Shown here: one piece after another, positions 18,651-28,100 of the stretch | Layout of the letters: each line of letters opens with the position of its first letter | How positions within the stretch are numbered: position 1 is the stretch's first letter | Notes under the pieces: model-generated | Told to the model about the DNA's origin: nothing | Seen by the model: only the letters and a program-made list of their open reading frames with translations | The model's database searches: none | IMG/VR virus record: IMGVR_UViG_3300013132_000025 | Coordinates: 1-64,000 of that record | From: a virus | DNA: 64,000 bases | Strand: one strand, 5' to 3' | Translations under genes and position numbers: made by a program

Positions 18651-19169
18651 ATGTTTAAGTATATTACAATTGCAGCAGTGGCAATAGCCACGGCTATTGG
18701 AGTTTCCGGTTCGCTTCAAGCAGCAACCCAAGTAGCCGGTGGAGCGGGCGTGCAGGCAAAACATGAGAGAACTTACAAAAAGAAAGTTCCTTGCTATCAT
18801 CATGAAGGAAACGACAAGAAGAAATGTCTGACAGAATATAAAAAGCATCGTCAGCGCGATCTTGTTAAGTTTCCTCCTAATCCAACTCGGGAAGATGTGG
18901 CAAAACGAGTCCCTGATTGGCAAGGCTTTGTAAGATTAGGCAGATGTGAACAACCGGGTCATTCTAAGTACGGTGACGGTGTTAATTGGTCACATTCTGG
19001 GCCAACATGGGGCGGTGGTTTGGGCATTTATAAATCCACTTGGTTTATGGCAAATTCCCCATACAAACTCTGGTCTGGAGATAAGTGGGAAACAATTTTA
19101 GTTGCAGACGCGATTCGTGATCAAGTCGGTATTACGGCTTGGGGCGCACACGCATGTTTCTATGGCTAG
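18651..19169 (+). CDS. secreted resuscitation-promoting-factor (Rpf)-like transglycosylase
   Basis: Signal peptide; W..L..CE....NW...GGGLGI..STW...I.VA.......G..AW...C matches the Rpf pattern. Confidence 0.75.
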   Translation: MFKYITIAAVAIATAIGVSGSLQAATQVAGGAGVQAKHERTYKKKVPCYHHEGNDKKKCLTEYKKHRQRDLVKFPPNPTREDVAKRVPDWQGFVRLGRCEQPGHSKYGDGVNWSHSGPTWGGGLGIYKSTWFMANSPYKLWSGDKWETILVADAIRDQVGITAWGAHACFYG

Positions 19170-19194
19170 GAAGTTAGCATGGTCTGAGGCTGTC

Positions 19195-19203
19195 TGGTAT
19201 ACT
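19195..19203 (+). promoter_or_regulatory. extended -10 promoter before tRNA-Leu(TAA)
   Basis: TGgTATACT 11 nt upstream of the tRNA. Confidence 0.5.
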
Positions 19204-19214
19204 TTTAAGACAGC

Positions 19215-19296
19215 GGGGATGTGGCGGAATTGGCAGACGCAGAGGACTTAAAATCCTTGGCCTTCGGGCTTGTGGGTTCGACTCCCACCTTCCCTA
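19215..19296 (+). tRNA. trnL: tRNA-Leu(TAA)
   Basis: GAGGA-CTTAAAA-TCCTT, variable arm GGCC-TTCG-GGCT, TTCGACT loop. Confidence 0.95.
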
Positions 19297-19358
19297 TAGT
19301 TTAAATAGTGCAAATTTATTAGAATTTGCGGGGCATTAAAGTGCAAAGGATTGGACAA

Positions 19359-19565
19359 ATGGTTGAAAATACCGTGAGTGAAGATCAAAATCAAAGTCAG
19401 TTCGATAATCCATTAGATGAATACGAACGGGCAAAATCAGACTATCTATATGCTAGCAGGCATTATCCAAATTACTACGCAGTAAGTAGTTATATTGAGG
19501 CCGAAGAACGTGCTTGGGAAAGATTTGAAAGAGCATATCGCGCCCTACAAAAACTTGACGATTAG
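19359..19565 (+). CDS. hypothetical protein
   Basis: ORF 19326..19565; likely ATG at 19359. Confidence 0.5.
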   Translation: MVENTVSEDQNQSQFDNPLDEYERAKSDYLYASRHYPNYYAVSSYIEAEERAWERFERAYRALQKLDD

Positions 19566-19583
19566 CCGCCTGATTGATAGTCT
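19555..19583 (+). promoter_or_regulatory. sigma70-type promoter before tRNA-Glu
   Basis: TTGACG-N17-TAGTCT with extended TG. Confidence 0.7.
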
Positions 19584-19599
19584 ACAAATATAAGCGCTC

Positions 19600-19671
19600 G
19601 GGGCGTTCGTTTAGTGGTTAGGACACCGGGCTTTCATCCCGGCAACGCGGGTTCGATTCCCGCACGCCCTA
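19600..19671 (+). tRNA. trnE: tRNA-Glu(TTC)
   Basis: GGGGCGT/ACGCCCT, CCGGG-CTTTCAT-CCCGG. Confidence 0.95.
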
Positions 19672-19694
19672 CTAATAAAACAACAAGGAAAAAT

Positions 19695-19865
19695 ATGGCA
19701 CGCGCAAAACATCGCTGGAAGCACGCTCATAATCAGATGATTGCTCTAGTTAATAGAGTAGAGAGGCAACGCAAGCATCAGGAAATGCTTGAAGAGCATC
19801 GTAACATTAAGAAATCTGGACTTCGTGCGGAGGCAAAGTCTATCGAACCAGATCCCCAAGATTAG
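19695..19865 (+). CDS. small basic hypothetical protein
   Basis: MARAKHRWKH... with AAGGA SD; the longer track ORF overlaps tRNA-Glu. Confidence 0.55.
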   Translation: MARAKHRWKHAHNQMIALVNRVERQRKHQEMLEEHRNIKKSGLRAEAKSIEPDPQD

Positions 19866-19871
19866 ATTTAT

Positions 19872-19942
19872 TCCGGGGTCATCTAAAGGTAGGATAGGAG
19901 ACTTTGAATCTCTTCATGGTGGTTCGAATCCACCCCCCGGAT
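19872..19942 (+). tRNA. trnQ: tRNA-Gln(TTG)
   Basis: TCCGGGG/CCCCGGA, GGAGA-CTTTGAA-TCTCT. Confidence 0.93.
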
Positions 19943-19949
19943 CTATATC

Positions 19950-20183
19950 ATGAATATACTTTGGCTGTCTTGGATATTAGCAATACTTAGTTTGATTGGC
20001 ATGTGGAATGTCGGAAAGTACCGTCTTTGGGCTTGGATTTATCTTGGCGTGCTAGAGATTCTTTGGACATTCTATGGTATATTAACTGAGCAGTATGGTT
20101 TTCTTCTACTCACCGTAGGATATATAACGATCTATACGATCAATTACAAGCGTTGGAAGCAAAACCAAAAAGAAGTGCTATAA
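19950..20183 (+). CDS. small membrane protein, PnuC-like
   Basis: 77 aa, three TM helices, W-rich, ending Y..W typical of phage PnuC-like half-transporters. Confidence 0.5.
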   Translation: MNILWLSWILAILSLIGMWNVGKYRLWAWIYLGVLEILWTFYGILTEQYGFLLLTVGYITIYTINYKRWKQNQKEVL

Positions 20184-20184
20184 T
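20176..20184 (+). promoter_or_regulatory. extended -10 promoter before tRNA-Lys
   Basis: TGcTATAAT 8 nt upstream of the tRNA. Confidence 0.55.
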
Positions 20185-20192
20185 AACCTTAC

Positions 20193-20264
20193 GGCTCTAT
20201 GGCGTAACGGCAGCGTAGGGGACTTTTAATCCTTCAGGTCTAGGTTCGAATCCTAGTGGAGCCA
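20193..20264 (+). tRNA. trnK: tRNA-Lys(TTT)
   Basis: GGCTCTA/TGGAGCC, GGGGA-CTTTTAA-TCCTT. Confidence 0.92.
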
Positions 20265-20295
20265 TGTTCTGTAAACTAATAAAGGAGGCTGTGCT

Positions 20296-20823
20296 TTGAA
20301 TGCGGCTCTTGATAATCGTAATGTAGTTGATCATTACAAGTATTGGAACGAAGATGCAATCCGGGCATCGCTTGATACTAAGCGTTTTCCCTTTATCGTG
20401 GTGTGTGAAAATTTTGATAAAGACTTTAATATTTCAACTGTGGTTCGTAACTGCAATGCTTTTACGGGCAAAGAGATGTGGATCGTTGGGAACAAGCGTT
20501 GGGACCGGCGAGGGGCCGTAGGAACCCACAATTATGAACACATTAAGCACGCAGCAACTGTTGGTGAAGTGGTGCTTAAGTATTTAGATTATAAAGTAGT
20601 CGTTTGTGAGGCTTATCCAGAGGCTAAGGATATCCGCGACTACGATTGGCCTTTGAAGACTATTCTTGTCTTTGGTCAAGAGAGCATCCGGGTAACTGAC
20701 GAAACTCTTGCAATTGCTGATGATGTTGTGTATATTCCTCAGTATGGAAGTACGCGCTCTCTTAATGTTGGGTGCGCTTCTGCAATTGCAATGTATTCTT
20801 ATATTCAGCAGCATGGAGGTTAA
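20296..20823 (+). CDS. SpoU/TrmH-family RNA 2'-O-methyltransferase
   Basis: NISTVVR..AF, LVFGQE, IPQYG.TRSLNV..A..I.MY SPOUT motifs. Confidence 0.85.
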   Translation: MNAALDNRNVVDHYKYWNEDAIRASLDTKRFPFIVVCENFDKDFNISTVVRNCNAFTGKEMWIVGNKRWDRRGAVGTHNYEHIKHAATVGEVVLKYLDYKVVVCEAYPEAKDIRDYDWPLKTILVFGQESIRVTDETLAIADDVVYIPQYGSTRSLNVGCASAIAMYSYIQQHGG

Positions 20824-21044
20824 TGATGGATCGTATTGATGATATTCGTGCCAACTTAAACGAGTGGAGCGATCTTGGCATCGTGGAGCAAATGCGTCAT
20901 GGCGATGATTACGCCGATGGCTTTGCAGACGACATTGCATACCTGCTGGCGGAGGTTGAGCGGCTGCAAAAAGTAGAAAAGCATAGAGAAGAGTTGAGCA
21001 TCAAGTTGCGTGATAATCTCAATAATAGGAATTATGATGGCTAA
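20823..21044 (+). CDS. hypothetical protein
   Basis: ATG overlaps the upstream stop; DIAYLLAEVERL motif common in phage small proteins. Confidence 0.55.
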   Translation: MMDRIDDIRANLNEWSDLGIVEQMRHGDDYADGFADDIAYLLAEVERLQKVEKHREELSIKLRDNLNNRNYDG

Positions 21045-21465
21045 TAAGATTGAAGAATTTTTAGCCGTAACTGAAAATATGGCAGAACGTTCTACCCTTA
21101 AGCGTTTTCAAGTTGGTGCCCTTATCCACAAGGATGGAGAGATTAATACCGGCTGGGCGCATATGTCTGACCTTAAGTTGGAGAAGTATATTTCTATTCA
21201 TGCAGAGATGCACGCTCTTTGGCGCTCTAACCCCAAGGCTCTAGAGAACGCCGATTGCTATATTGTTACTCTTTCTGCTAAGAGTAAGAACCGAACTAGC
21301 GGTAAGCCTTGTGAGACTTGCATGGCGCATCTTTATGATGCTGGCATCCGTAAGGTCTACTATTCGGTTAGTAATGATGAGTACGGAGTTATTGATTTTA
21401 GGAATGGTTTTCCTGAGATTGAAATGATTAAGACTCGCACTCCTAATGATTGGTCAAATAACTAA
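21034..21465 (+). CDS. cytidine/dCMP deaminase-family protein
   Basis: HAE ... PCETC zinc motif, AGIRKVYY. Confidence 0.85.
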   Translation: MMANKIEEFLAVTENMAERSTLKRFQVGALIHKDGEINTGWAHMSDLKLEKYISIHAEMHALWRSNPKALENADCYIVTLSAKSKNRTSGKPCETCMAHLYDAGIRKVYYSVSNDEYGVIDFRNGFPEIEMIKTRTPNDWSNN

Positions 21466-22550
21466 TGTATGATTACCTTATTGTAGGCGCAGGATTGTTT
21501 GGAGCAACCTTTGGGCGCTTAATGACAGACGCCGGTAAGAGTTGTATGATTATTGACAAACGCAACCATGTAGGTGGAAATGTTTATACTGAAAATTCTG
21601 ATGGGATTCATGTTCATAAGTATGGTCCTCATATCTTTCATACGTCCAACGATGAAATTTGGAACTTTGTAAATAAGTTTACTGAGTTCAATAATTACAT
21701 CCATCGTGTAAAAGCATATAACAACCATAAGTTCTATACGCTTCCTTTTAACCTTAAAACTTTTAACGAGATTATGGGTACGCAAAGTCCCGTACTTCTA
21801 GAAAAGTTTCTTAATGAAAGAGAACGGGACGAAACAAATCTAGAAACTTGTGCAATTTCTCTCGTTGGAGAAGAAGTGTATAAAACTTTGATTAAGGGAT
21901 ATACTGAAAAGCAATGGGGCAGGCAAGCAACACAACTTCCTGCTTCTATTATTAAAAGAATTCCTGTACGTCTTACGTTTGAAGATAATTACTTTAACGA
22001 TAAGTATCAGGGTATTCCAGTAAACGGATATACAAAAATGATTGAAAAAATAATTGAGGGAATTCCTATTCTACTTAATCAAAACTTTACTCATGATATG
22101 AAAGACATTGCGAACAAAATTGTGTACACAGGACCGATTGATCAGTTCTTTAATTACGCCCTTGGTCGTTTAGAGTATCGTTCATTAGAGTTTGTTGAAG
22201 AAGAATATGAATATGATTACTATCAAGGATGCGCTCAAATCAATTACACAAATAAAGAGATTCCTTTTACAAGGATAATAGAACATAAGCATTTTTACCC
22301 TAGCCTTAAAGTAGGCAAAACAATCGTTACTAGAGAGTTTCCTGTGGCATCTGGCGATCCATACTATCCAATAGCAGATGATAAGAACAACAAACTTTTT
22401 CTTGAATATAAGGATATGGCCAGTCAAAAAAGACCGGAGGTTATCTTTGCTGGCAGGCTAGGTAATTATAAGTATTATGATATGCACCAAGTTATTGGTC
22501 AGGCAATGAAGTATGCTAAACTAGAAAAAGAAAAGAGTGCGAACAGTTAA
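21465..22550 (+). CDS. glf: UDP-galactopyranose mutase
   Basis: IVGAGLFG, HKYGPHIFHT, YTEKQWG, YQGIP..GY, LEYRSL, PYYP, GRLG.YKYYDM. Confidence 0.95.
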   Translation: MYDYLIVGAGLFGATFGRLMTDAGKSCMIIDKRNHVGGNVYTENSDGIHVHKYGPHIFHTSNDEIWNFVNKFTEFNNYIHRVKAYNNHKFYTLPFNLKTFNEIMGTQSPVLLEKFLNERERDETNLETCAISLVGEEVYKTLIKGYTEKQWGRQATQLPASIIKRIPVRLTFEDNYFNDKYQGIPVNGYTKMIEKIIEGIPILLNQNFTHDMKDIANKIVYTGPIDQFFNYALGRLEYRSLEFVEEEYEYDYYQGCAQINYTNKEIPFTRIIEHKHFYPSLKVGKTIVTREFPVASGDPYYPIADDKNNKLFLEYKDMASQKRPEVIFAGRLGNYKYYDMHQVIGQAMKYAKLEKEKSANS

Positions 22551-22563
22551 AGAGTGGTAACTT

Positions 22564-22846
22564 GGGGATGAATTAGTTTCGACCTATAGAGAAGCCAAGT
22601 CAATCAGCGGTTAGTCACCTTATAACTCCTGCTTGGATAAGCAAATAAATATAAATGGCAACTTAAACGAAGTCATTGTCCCAGACACTTTCCCCGCCTC
22701 ATGGATAGAGGAATTTGCTGGGGTAGCCGCCTAATCTACCACTATTAGGCACTGTAGTTAAAACTGTAGTACAATGTAGTATATAGGCTGTATAAGTTGA
22801 TTTGATAGAACTATATGGGACACCGGGGCAGAGCCGGTCATCTCCA
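22564..22846 (+). ncRNA. ssrA: tmRNA (compact, about 283 nt)
   Basis: GGGGATG/CATCTCC-A acceptor with G3-U70; 5' TTTCGAC; tag 22657..22734 GNLNEVIVPDTFPASWIEEFAGVAA*; GGTAG/CTACC hairpin over the stop. Confidence 0.9.
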
Positions 22847-22851
22847 TACAA

Positions 22852-22926
22852 CGCGGGGTAGGGCAGTCAGGTCAGCCCGTCGGCTTCATGCGTCGAAGGT
22901 CGCAGGTTCGAATCCTGCCCCCGCTA
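22852..22926 (+). tRNA. initiator-type tRNA-Met(CAT) with atypical anticodon arm
   Basis: CGCGGGG/CCCCGCT with C1-U72 mismatch, G11-C24; anticodon arm TCGGC-TTCATGC-GTCGA. Confidence 0.88.
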
Positions 22927-22956
22927 TTAATGATTATTAACTTAAATAAAATTGAG

Positions 22957-22986
22957 AAGACCCGCCAAAAGCGGGTCTTTCTTTTT
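22957..22986 (+). terminator. intrinsic terminator ending the RNA island
   Basis: AAGACCCGC-CAAAA-GCGGGTCTT-TCTTTTT. Confidence 0.85.
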
Positions 22987-23027
22987 GAGTTAGTAACGAC
23001 AGTTGCAAAGGGGGTGATTGTATAAAC

Positions 23028-23120
23028 ATGATTGGACAGTTTATTATTATTTATAGTGCGGCTTTACTTGACTTGTTCTATGGTGCTGTTGCTATAATAG
23101 ATAGAGACAAGGAGATATAA
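23028..23120 (+). CDS. possible 30-aa hydrophobic peptide
   Basis: SD AAAGGGGGTGA; MIGQFIIIYSAALLDLFYGAVAIIDRDKEI*. Confidence 0.35.
   Translation: MIGQFIIIYSAALLDLFYGAVAIIDRDKEI
23068..23098 (+). promoter_or_regulatory. sigma70-type promoter
   Basis: TTGACT-N19-TATAAT with extended TG, followed by AAGGAGA SD. Confidence 0.55.
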
Positions 23121-23369
23121 ATGGAAGTTTGGATTAGGGATAGTGAAAGCGTGGCTCTTCTATACAGAGTCCACGAAGAAGAGCGCACAATGTTTAAAGA
23201 GTTTGCATTTGATTTCTATCAGCACTCACCACTTGGATGGGTAAAAATTGGAAAGACTTATAACTCTTCATCTAAAAAGATTGCCATCGAAAAACTCGTT
23301 AGGATGAATTATCGAAAGGATCCAAAACAGAAGGATCTATATCCAGTTGGGGATCTTCTAACGCTGTAA
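23121..23369 (+). CDS. hypothetical protein
   Basis: 82 aa, strong SD AAGGAG. Confidence 0.65.
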   Translation: MEVWIRDSESVALLYRVHEEERTMFKEFAFDFYQHSPLGWVKIGKTYNSSSKKIAIEKLVRMNYRKDPKQKDLYPVGDLLTL

Positions 23370-23769
23370 GTAGTTCATACATACCTTCAGATTCGTCATC
23401 TACCTCTCTCATTATGGCTAAAATATTCTCTAACGAATAATCTATTTGATCATATGAGGGATTGCCAATAGATAAATGCATAATCTTTTCGCACCATTCT
23501 ATTGCCTCTTTGACATGATAACGATCTGATAATTCTTTTTTTATACAATGGGGTGGACGGATTCCAATAAAGAATGCATGAGTACCTTCTTGTTCTGCAA
23601 GAAAGCCTTCAAGCATATCGGTTCGCATTTCTTGAGATTTTTCTGTTGCAAAAGAAGAAACAAGAACCTCTCCCTTGGCCTTTGACTCAATAAGAAAGAT
23701 TCCCGCTTTATCTTTTATATTTAATATATGTTCTTCTATTTCTTGAAAAGAACCGTATTGAATAATCAT
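23299..23769 (-). CDS. hypothetical protein
   Basis: 156 aa; last gene of the minus-strand tail block; convergent overlap with 23121..23369. Confidence 0.55.
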   Translation of the reverse strand: MIIQYGSFQEIEEHILNIKDKAGIFLIESKAKGEVLVSSFATEKSQEMRTDMLEGFLAEQEGTHAFFIGIRPPHCIKKELSDRYHVKEAIEWCEKIMHLSIGNPSYDQIDYSLENILAIMREVDDESEGMYELLTALEDPQLDIDPSVLDPFDNSS

Positions 23770-23784
23770 ATATATATTATATCA

Positions 23785-24693
23785 TTAAATATAAGTTGAA
23801 GTATATATTTGACCACCATACGCAGTTGCTACGAGTTTACTTCCATCTGCTGAGAAGGCTACTGAATACCAACTCCTATTAGATTGTCTAGCAGTCCAAT
23901 TAACTCCTGAGTCTGTTGAAGTATATATTTGACCGTTAAGCACAGTTGCTACGAGTTTAGTTCCATCTGCTGAGGAGGCTACTGAATACCAATTCCTAAC
24001 AGATTCTCTAGCAGTCCAATTAACTCCTGAGTCTGTTGAAGTATAAATTTGACCGTTAAACACAACTGCTACAAGTTTAGTTCCATCTGAAGATGAGGCA
24101 ACTAAACGCCAATTCCTAACAGATTCTCTAGCAGTCCAGTTAACTCCTGAATCTGTTGAAGTGTAGATTTGCCCATATCCGGCAGTTGCTACAAGTTTAG
24201 TTCCATCTGAAGATGATGCAACTGAACGCCAATCCCTATTAGATTCTCTTGCAGTCCAATTAACTCCTGAGTCTGTTGAAGTATAAATTTGACCGTTAAA
24301 CACAACTGCTACGAGTTTAGTTCCATCTGCTGAGGAGGCTACTGAATGCCAACTCCTATTAGATTGTCTAGCAGTCCAATTAACTCCTGAGTCTGTTGAA
24401 GTATAAATTTGACCGTTAAACACAACTGCTACGAGTTTAGTTCCATCTGCTGAGGAGGCTACTGAATACCAATCTCTATTAGATTCTCTAGCATTCCAAC
24501 TTACTCCTGAGTCTGTTGAAGTATATATTTGACCGCCGTACACAACTGCTACAAGTTTAGTTCCATCTGAAGATGAGGCTACTGATAGCCAACTCCTATT
24601 AGATTCTCTAGCAGTCCAATCTCTTCCCACAATTCCCGCACTAATTCTTTTTAATTTATGAGCGTTACATATATTGCCAATAGAAAGTGCCAT
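23785..24693 (-). CDS. seven-bladed BNR/Asp-box beta-propeller, probable receptor-binding protein
   Basis: About 7 near-identical 40-aa repeats WxSVASSxDGTKLVA...GQIYTSTDSGVNWTAR; ATG at 24693 is coupled to the upstream stop. Confidence 0.8.
   Translation of the reverse strand: MALSIGNICNAHKLKRISAGIVGRDWTARESNRSWLSVASSSDGTKLVAVVYGGQIYTSTDSGVSWNARESNRDWYSVASSADGTKLVAVVFNGQIYTSTDSGVNWTARQSNRSWHSVASSADGTKLVAVVFNGQIYTSTDSGVNWTARESNRDWRSVASSSDGTKLVATAGYGQIYTSTDSGVNWTARESVRNWRLVASSSDGTKLVAVVFNGQIYTSTDSGVNWTARESVRNWYSVASSADGTKLVATVLNGQIYTSTDSGVNWTARQSNRSWYSVAFSADGSKLVATAYGGQIYTSTYI
23795..24620. repeat. 120-bp coding tandem repeat, about 7 copies
   Basis: Sequence lines 120 nt apart are nearly identical. 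Confidence 0.95.
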
Positions 24694-25193
24694 TAGTATA
24701 AGTCTCCCATAAGTAACCATTCATCTGTATTTATCTTAATAATAGAAGCCGCTGAATATTGAGTTCTTAAAATAGCAGAAGGGGTTGATCTTAAAGTAAC
24801 TCCAGCGGTTCCTATAACAGTAACAGTTCCTGTTCCTAGTTGAGCCAAATCTACTTTTTGTCCAATTGCAAATGCCTGAGAAGAATTGACGGGAATTTGC
24901 ACAGTTCCAGAAGCAGTTCCAGCACACATTAGCAGTTTACCATTATCTGTTGTAACTAAAGTATAAACAGAACCAGCGGTAGCCGCGCTAGTAATTGCCG
25001 TCCCAATCGGCTGATTTACAATATTTATTACTGACCCTTGAGTTGCTGTTAAATTAACTGCGGTTCCGACGGTTCCTGCCAAAGCAGTTCCGTAATTTTT
25101 TAAATAATCAAGGTTATCTCTAACCTGCGTATTCCACATTGTCGTAGTTAATGTCCCTCCGGTTACGGCAGTGGATGGTGTTGTATATGGCAT
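24693..25193 (-). CDS. minor tail/fibre protein
   Basis: 166 aa, Gly-Thr rich, C-terminal LRTQYS.A..IK...DEW.L.GDL. Confidence 0.65.
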   Translation of the reverse strand: MPYTTPSTAVTGGTLTTTMWNTQVRDNLDYLKNYGTALAGTVGTAVNLTATQGSVINIVNQPIGTAITSAATAGSVYTLVTTDNGKLLMCAGTASGTVQIPVNSSQAFAIGQKVDLAQLGTGTVTVIGTAGVTLRSTPSAILRTQYSAASIIKINTDEWLLMGDLY

Positions 25194-25198
25194 TTTAT

Positions 25199-28100
25199 TT
25201 ATACTCCAAATCTAGATATATTAAATTGTGAAAAATCAAATTGCAATGTTGCAGAAGTCGGCGTAATTACTCGCCCTAGTGTTGCATACTTAGGTATTAA
25301 TTCATAACTCGCAATCCAAGCATCTTTAGTGTATGCTTTAGCCCTTACTTTTAACTTATTGTACTCAGATCTTGCGGCATTGTAGTGTTGTTTTACGGTT
25401 GATGAATCAATAACTTTATTGTAAGATATGATTGCATTTAACCACATAAACGGTGTTTCTACATCTAACTTCTTTACTGCTGTATTTAAGATGGGTAGTT
25501 GAGCGGTGCTGACAGAAACCGGACCATTAATTCTAAACGGACCTGTAAATATTGGCATTGAGCCAACTAAAGAAGCAGCAGAAGATCCAATTAATTCTCC
25601 ATCAAAATATATCTTGATGGAATTATTATCGTAAGTAAATCCTGCCTGATGCCACTGATTATCTTTCCACGTTGGAACATCAAACTCTAAAACAGTGCCA
25701 TCTATTGTTAATCCAATAGATGTGTTGCCACTGCCTGAATTAAGTTTGCCCAGCCCATCAAAAGACCAATACGGAGCAGTATATGGAAAAGTTACGTCGC
25801 CATGTTTGCCAAGATTGCAATTTTCTTCATCTTGATTAGAATAAAACCAAGTAAAGTAACTAATAATAGAATTTTCAAAGCCTGTTACTGAAGGAATTTC
25901 AATATAACTTCCATCGTATAAACAAGCAAAATAATCTCTACTTAAAGAGTTAATACAATTTGGTATATAATATTGCACTCCTGTTTGATAAGTATCAACA
26001 GTTTGAGGCATAAAGACTGGATAAGCAAATTTAGCAGAAGTTGTTCCAGAAGCCTGTAAAAAGGCTGGATTAAAATCAAATGGATATTGATTTGTCATTT
26101 TGACTGTAAGATTTGTTGTTCCAACCATTTGATATTGAATATCAATCCAATCGTCAAATGTTTGAAGAATAACAGGCTCTTCTTTAATAACAAGAGAATA
26201 AAAATTGTCAGATGGAAAATTAACATTTTTATAAGGATTAGAAAGCGCAGTTAAGAACGGAAGATATGTTTCTCCATCATTATTAGAAACTTCCCATTCG
26301 ACAGATTCTGTAGTTAGACTAGGATTTTCAATCCAATAACTTCCGCTACTTGATACGTTACCAAAGTGACCGAACTCAAAAAGCAATTCATCGCTATATA
26401 GGATGTTTGAGATAAGAGGTATTTCTACTTCGTTCCATTTATCTGGCACTAAACCTTTTAATTCTTGAATAAAAGCAATTCTTCTGCGATTTTTATCCCA
26501 GAAAATTACTTTGAATTTACCATTCATTAGTTTATCTTCAAAGCGCAATTTGACCTTAAATATGCATTTTGAAAAATTAGGAATTGTAATAATGTCTTGA
26601 TATTGAAGAGATGCTATATATGCATTTGGGCTTTTAGTTACTTTAATAGACTCTGTTTCATAAATAATTCTGTTGTCATCTGTAATAACAACGTCTGTAT
26701 CTAAATTGCCAACCTCATTTATACCAATTCTAAAATTATCTGTAGTTCGAACTTTTTCAAACCCCTCTTGTCCTCTGAAAAAAAGTTCAGTATCGGAAAT
26801 TGCTGTTGGGAATAGTGTCGCCGCCTCAACGGGAAGATTAGATTCAAAAGTTTTTGATTCGTACTCGGCTAAAACAACATCTTGCGAATATAAATAATCT
26901 AAATAAAACTGTCCCGAAGCCGGTTTAAATTCATATCCCGCATACCCCTCTCCTGCATCAAACCCGGCTGTTGCTGTTTGTCCTTTAAGCCATGTATCTG
27001 CAATTTCTATTTTTCCAGTTTCAACAACAAGATTTTCAATAAAATGCTCTTTGCCATTAAATACTTTTGCGTCATAAAAAGCATCTTTACAATTTACAAT
27101 AACATAAAAATCATTATCTAATGTCGTACTTGTAGAAACTGATGTAATTAACGTCGGCCCTTCATAAAAAGAAATAACAGTTTTTGCATCATCAATTTGC
27201 ACTTTTGTTTTTAAATATTTATCAGGGTAACTAGCACGATCTGGGTGAACCCGGGTATACATAGAAAATTCATGAGGAGTTGCTGTTCCGGGGAGTACTG
27301 TCCCAGCATTTAATTTTGCAATATATTTAAAGTTTTTTACAAAAAGCCCGTCTTGAACAATCGCGGGCAAGTCTGGTTGAGCCGTTCCCGGCCACCTTTC
27401 CATTGTAAGATAACCTCGTTTTGTGTCTACATTGGCTTTATAATGGTCATAAGAATTGGTAAGAATTTTCATTGGACCAGTTTTAAACGTATATTCATTG
27501 CCAACCATCGGGGCGCTTAAATCTACTTTTATTGCTCTCACATTTGCAAGGTCTACTGTACCCGGCCCAACCGAACCATTAGTTAAAACATTTCTATTTA
27601 TTTTCCAAACGACACTACCTGCGGAAGAAAGATCATTTATCAAAACAGCAGTCCCCGCATTAAAAGGAATAGAAACAGTATTTTCATCATCATAATTTAA
27701 TGAAGAAGAAAAAGAAACAGTTCCTGCTGCTACTGCCGTCCCGGGCCAGTCCCAAATAGGCATCTGTATGTAATAATCTTCAACTCCATTAAGAAAGTCT
27801 GTCAAAAGATTATCTTCAAAAGTAGACCTTAAACTATATGCGGGAGTATTAGGAGGAGCAGAAGTCCCGGGAGCATCAACCGTCCCAATTGTTATATACA
27901 AACCGTTATTATAATAACCATCTGCATTTTCAGAAAGGGGGCTTCCAACACTTTCTAATTTACCAATTCCAATTTGAGTCAATAGATTTAATTCATCTTG
28001 AATAAAAGCATTGGGGTATGGAGTGCCCGGATTTAACGATGGGTTACTTGTGCCCGAAAGAAAAGTTTGCGTAACTCCGGGCGCACCAACCCAGCCTTCA

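Noticed and set aside
18531-18923. Minus-strand 130-aa ORF
   Set aside because: Antisense shadow of the Rpf-like gene, which has clear motifs
19614-19694. 5' part of track ORF 19614..19865
   Set aside because: Overlaps tRNA-Glu; the better start is ATG 19695 with an SD
23795-24620. Regular repeats as a CRISPR array or DGR template/variable pair
   Set aside because: Units are 120 bp, contiguous and in-frame coding, with no unique spacers. Differences are not adenine-specific and no reverse transcriptase or cas gene is seen.
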